Shown here in pieces: positions 60,640-64,000 of a stretch of DNA of 64,000 bases. Position 1 is the stretch's first letter. Every line of letters starts with the position of its first letter. This stretch comes from Candidatus Kryptoniota bacterium (GTDB taxonomy: Bacteria > Bacteroidota > Ignavibacteria > Kryptoniales > JAKASW01). Both the position numbers and the translations under genes were made by a program. Under the pieces are notes generated by a model. That model did not search any database. It was not told the origin of the DNA and saw nothing but the letters and a program-made list of their open reading frames with translations. The DNA is taken from NCBI GenBank assembly GCA_024641705.1, contig JAHECO010000017.1:16168-80167 (forward strand), read 5' to 3'.

Positions 60640-61020
60640 TGTCCGGCGTTCGGGTTCTTGGTCCCAAGTTCTTGGTTCACGGTTCTAAGTTCGTCGATGT
60701 TGGGTTTCGGATCGTCAATCAAAATCTTAAATCTGAGATCTATTTCTTACTCTTTTTCTCGGTCGGAACAATTACACAGAGAGTCACAGAGCAATTTCTC
60801 TCTGTGGAACGCTTTCTTATCTCCGTAGTATTCTGTGTGATTTTTTTGAAGGCCCGCCCCTCGCGTTTGCCGGATCGTAAATCGGAGATTGAATACCTTC
60901 TCTCCGCCAAACCCCCGGTATAGTTCCTGCCCGGCTGCCTTACCGGTTTCAGCTCCCGCCGCTCGCCTTGTTCAGCTTATCCTGCACTTCCTTCAGTAGA
61001 ATGGCAGAAATAACAAACGC

Positions 61021-61150
61021 AGAGGTTGTCCCAAAACAAGGAAAATGTCATTCTGAAGGAGCGGAGCGACTGAAGAATCCACTTATTCGTTCTGAAAAAT
61101 GGATGCTTCACTTCGTTCAGCATAACAGACAAGACTTTCTGGACAGCCTC
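61021..61150. repeat. 130-bp MITE/REPIN-like element, copy 2
   Basis: Near-identical to 53882..54011. Confidence 0.9.
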
Positions 61151-61154
61151 GATA

Positions 61155-62228
61155 TTATTTCCCTTGAGCCTTCTCGATCTTCTGCTGAATTTCCTTCAGC
61201 CTCTTCTCCATCTCGTCGAGCTGCTCGCTTCTCTGCTGTATCTGTGCCTCCAGCTGTTTCAGCTCGTTCTCTTTCCTGGTGTACTCATCCTCCGCCTTGC
61301 CCGCGAAGTAGCTGCTGAACAGCCAGTTGTGCCGGAGCGCCTCCATGTTGCCCGCGAACTTCTCGAGCCCTAACTGCGCCTCTTTCACTGCCGCCAGTGT
61401 GGTTGAAACCACCTGCAAAGTAGTATCATAAACGGACCGGTCGTGCAGGAGCGAAGAGACGAGTCCCTTTCCGGTATCCAGCTGTGAAACTATCAGCCTC
61501 ACGTTCGACGCCGTCGTGTCGAAATTCTTCACGACGAGATTGACATTGTATAGGACGGAATCGGCTCTCTCCGCCACCCGGTTGAAAGACACGCTTAGAC
61601 CGGCGATCACATTCGCCATGTCAGTAAACTTGTCTGACACTTTCTTGAGGCTCGAGTCCGCCTCGTAAGTCGCGTGCCTCAGGGCATAATAAACGCTCTC
61701 ATCCGTGACCAGCTTTCCGAGAGTACCGCGCCCCTCGCGGACGTCGGCCAGAATGCCTGAGAACTGGTCAACCATATTCTTGACGCTCGCTATGGTCTCC
61801 CTCGTCTCAGATATGATCTGTGACAGGTTCGGCTCTTCTATCGAGTTCAGTGTATCGAGAGCCTGAACGGATTCGCTCGCTTCGGTACCTGGTGTCAGAA
61901 CGACGAACTTGTTCCCGACCAGCCCCTCGGTTTCCAGCATCGCCTTCGAATCCTTCTTAATGAACTTCCGCGAGTCGGAGAAAATCCTCAGGTCGACCAG
62001 CGCGACGTTGTTCCAGATCCGTATGCCCGATACGGTCCCCACATCTATGCCGAGGAGCCGGACGGCGGCGCCTTTCTTCAGTCCTTCCACAGAATTGAAA
62101 CGTGCGAGTACCTCGGTAGACTTGGTGAATATACCTTGCCTGCCGCCGATCAGGAAGACTCCGACGACGAGTATCAATACTCCGACTGCAACGAACAGCC
62201 CCAGAAGCGCCGCGTAAGATTTCTTCAT
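61155..62228 (-). CDS. mlaD: MlaD/MCE family protein
   Basis: VEGLKKGAAVRLLGIDVGTV, TEGLVGNKFV, GTLGKLV. Confidence 0.9.
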   Translation of the reverse strand: MKKSYAALLGLFVAVGVLILVVGVFLIGGRQGIFTKSTEVLARFNSVEGLKKGAAVRLLGIDVGTVSGIRIWNNVALVDLRIFSDSRKFIKKDSKAMLETEGLVGNKFVVLTPGTEASESVQALDTLNSIEEPNLSQIISETRETIASVKNMVDQFSGILADVREGRGTLGKLVTDESVYYALRHATYEADSSLKKVSDKFTDMANVIAGLSVSFNRVAERADSVLYNVNLVVKNFDTTASNVRLIVSQLDTGKGLVSSLLHDRSVYDTTLQVVSTTLAAVKEAQLGLEKFAGNMEALRHNWLFSSYFAGKAEDEYTRKENELKQLEAQIQQRSEQLDEMEKRLKEIQQKIEKAQGK

Positions 62229-62398
62229 TGCATAGCGTCCTTGTCCAACTTTAGAACATAACCGCAAAGATCGCGATGCAGGCGAAAGGGACGCAAAGAG
62301 ATATCTTGTGCAAAATTAATCATTTCCTTCGCGAACTTTGCGCCTCCTCTGCGTCCTTTGCGGTTAAAATCATTCGCAAGGAGTCTCATGCTGCATCC

Positions 62399-63124
62399 CT
62401 ATAGCGGATTTCTGAAGAAGCCTTTAACCTCTTCATCTTCGATTCCCGCGAGTTCATTCAGCGTTCCCGTGTATTTTAACACGCCGTCCTTCAAAACGCC
62501 AGCCCTGTCGCTGACGATCCCGGCGCAGAGTATATCGTGCGTCACGACGATCCCCGTGATGCTGAACTTCGAGTGCATCTCCCTGACAAGGTCGCTTATC
62601 TCGGCCGAGGTGATCGGGTCGAGTCCCGTCGTCGGCTCGTCGTAGAGGAGGATCTGCGGCTCTATGACGAGTGCCCTCGCGAGTGCCGCGCGCTTGCGCA
62701 TCCCGCCCGACAGCTCCGACGGCATCCTGTCGATGAAGTTTCCGAGTCCGACGAGGGTGAGGTAATGAGCGGCCTTGTCACGCGCCTCGGTATGCTTCAC
62801 GCGGTGGTGGCGCGTCAGGTTGAACACAAGGTTCTCGCGTACGCTCATCGAGTCGTAGAGCGCTCCGCTCTGAAAGAGGAACCCGATCATCTGCCTTATC
62901 CTGAAGAGCGATTTGCGGTCGCCGACATCTACGCGCATCGAATCGACTGATATATCTCCGGCGTCGGGAATAAGGAGTCCGACGATGCACTTGAGTGTCA
63001 CGCTCTTCCCGGTCCCGCTCTTGCCGAGTATCGAGAAGGTTTCCCCCTTCTTGACGTTCAGGCTCAGCCCGTTCAGGACTCGCTGCGAGCCGAAGGCTTT
63101 ATATAAATTCTCGATCTCAATCAT
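62399..63124 (-). CDS. mlaF: Mla ABC transporter ATPase
   Basis: GKSGTGKS, FQSGALYDS, LSGGMRKR, YDEPTTGLDP. Confidence 0.92.
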   Translation of the reverse strand: MIEIENLYKAFGSQRVLNGLSLNVKKGETFSILGKSGTGKSVTLKCIVGLLIPDAGDISVDSMRVDVGDRKSLFRIRQMIGFLFQSGALYDSMSVRENLVFNLTRHHRVKHTEARDKAAHYLTLVGLGNFIDRMPSELSGGMRKRAALARALVIEPQILLYDEPTTGLDPITSAEISDLVREMHSKFSITGIVVTHDILCAGIVSDRAGVLKDGVLKYTGTLNELAGIEDEEVKGFFRNPL

Positions 63125-63132
63125 TTCTTCAA

Positions 63133-63368
63133 GAGGGTAAAAAGGTAAATAGGTAAAGAGGTGAAGAGGTAAAAAGGTAAGAAGGTTAAGAGGGGAGGAG
63201 CGAAATAGGTAAGGCGGTGAGAGGGTGAATAGGCTAAACGTTGACCAATACCGGCGCCGGCGTGATGATGACTCGTTCGGCCGATCCTTTTCTTCACGAC
63301 TCTACCTCTTAACTTCATTATCATCTTGCCTCTTAGCCTCTTCACCTCTTGTCCTTTTAACCTTTTAT
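63133..63368. repeat. 8-nt periodic arrays (AGGTAAAA-like) in inverted arrangement
   Basis: aggtaaaaaggtaaataggtaaagaggtgaagagg... and complementary cctcttag/cctcttca/ccttttaa array. Confidence 0.7.
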
Positions 63369-63370
63369 TC

Positions 63371-64000
63371 CTATTCAAAAAGTAATATTCCAACTTTAAC
63401 GAGCACGAAATCTGTAATGAGAATCAGGAACGACGCGAATACAACTGCCGATGTCGCGGCCTTCCCGACTCCCTCCGTTCCGCCGGAAGCCTTGAAGCCG
63501 AAGTACGAGCCGACCATCGAGATTATGAATCCGAAGAAGAATGTCTTGGCTATTCCGGGAATTATGTCGGCGATGGAGAGGGAAGTGATGGTCGAGGTCA
63601 TGAAAAGCTGCCAGCCCATTCCACCCGACACGAACATAACGGCGAACGCTCCCATGATGCCGAGGAGGTCCGCGTACGCGGTAAGGAGTGGAAGGGCTAT
63701 TATCCCCGCGAGCACGCGCGGCACGACGAGGAAGCGATACGGATCGACCGATGAGACTTCCAGCGCATCGACCTGCTCGGTGACTCTCATCGAGCCGATC
63801 TCGGCGCCGATGCCGCTCGAGACCCTGCCCGCAACGACGAGGGCCGTGATTACGGGCCCGAGCTCGCGGATGACGGAGATAGCGACCATCGCGGGCAGGA
63901 ACGATTCCGCGCCGAAGCGGGCTAGCGTCGGCTTCGTCTGAAGTGCAAGGATAAGGCCCATCAGGAGGCCGATCACGCTGACGAGCGGGAAAGAGCGGGA
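63371..64000 (-). CDS. mlaE: Mla permease (5'-truncated by window)
   Basis: RELGPV, GAEIGSMRVTEQVDALE, GGTEGVGKA. Confidence 0.93.
   Translation of the reverse strand, partial: SRSFPLVSVIGLLMGLILALQTKPTLARFGAESFLPAMVAISVIRELGPVITALVVAGRVSSGIGAEIGSMRVTEQVDALEVSSVDPYRFLVVPRVLAGIIALPLLTAYADLLGIMGAFAVMFVSGGMGWQLFMTSTITSLSIADIIPGIAKTFFFGFIISMVGSYFGFKASGGTEGVGKAATSAVVFASFLILITDFVLVKVGILLFE

Noticed and set aside
63133-63368. CRISPR array or real 90-aa CDS (63121..63393)
   Set aside because: The repeats are degenerate 8-mers without unique spacers and no cas genes are present; the ORF is low-complexity repeat translation

Overview
This is a bacterial chromosomal segment, probably from an Ignavibacteria/Kryptonia-like FCB lineage. 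That placement is inferred from T9SS-type 'YPNPFNP' C-terminal domains together with Shine-Dalgarno usage, hprK and flagellin. The housekeeping backbone (topA-xerC-hpf, hprK, udgB, ychF, idh, rpsT, mlaEFD) is interrupted by several accessory blocks. (1) A LuxR-lipoprotein-metzincin cassette has a poly-C tract in its promoter spacer and one in-frame TAG in the protease gene. (2) An 8,240-bp satellite-like element is integrated at tRNA-Ala(GGC), with integrase, XRE-ImmA, a frameshifted replication initiator and DnaB but no recognisable capsid or conjugation genes; a decayed sibling element lies next to it in tandem. (3) A kinase/pseudo-kinase-glycosyltransferase-flagellin locus has a sigma28 promoter and CsrA-type leader sites. 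(4) A lipoprotein, sigma54 activator, Ser/Thr kinase and T9SS-cargo module carries candidate sigma54 promoters. The most notable observation is that both tRNA-Ala elements carry, in front of a homologous gene, a leader hairpin whose loop holds two boxes complementary to that gene's RBS and start codon. The architecture is conserved while the sequences differ, so it is a candidate c4/CI-like antisense immunity RNA. All calls come from reading the sequence; no searches were run.
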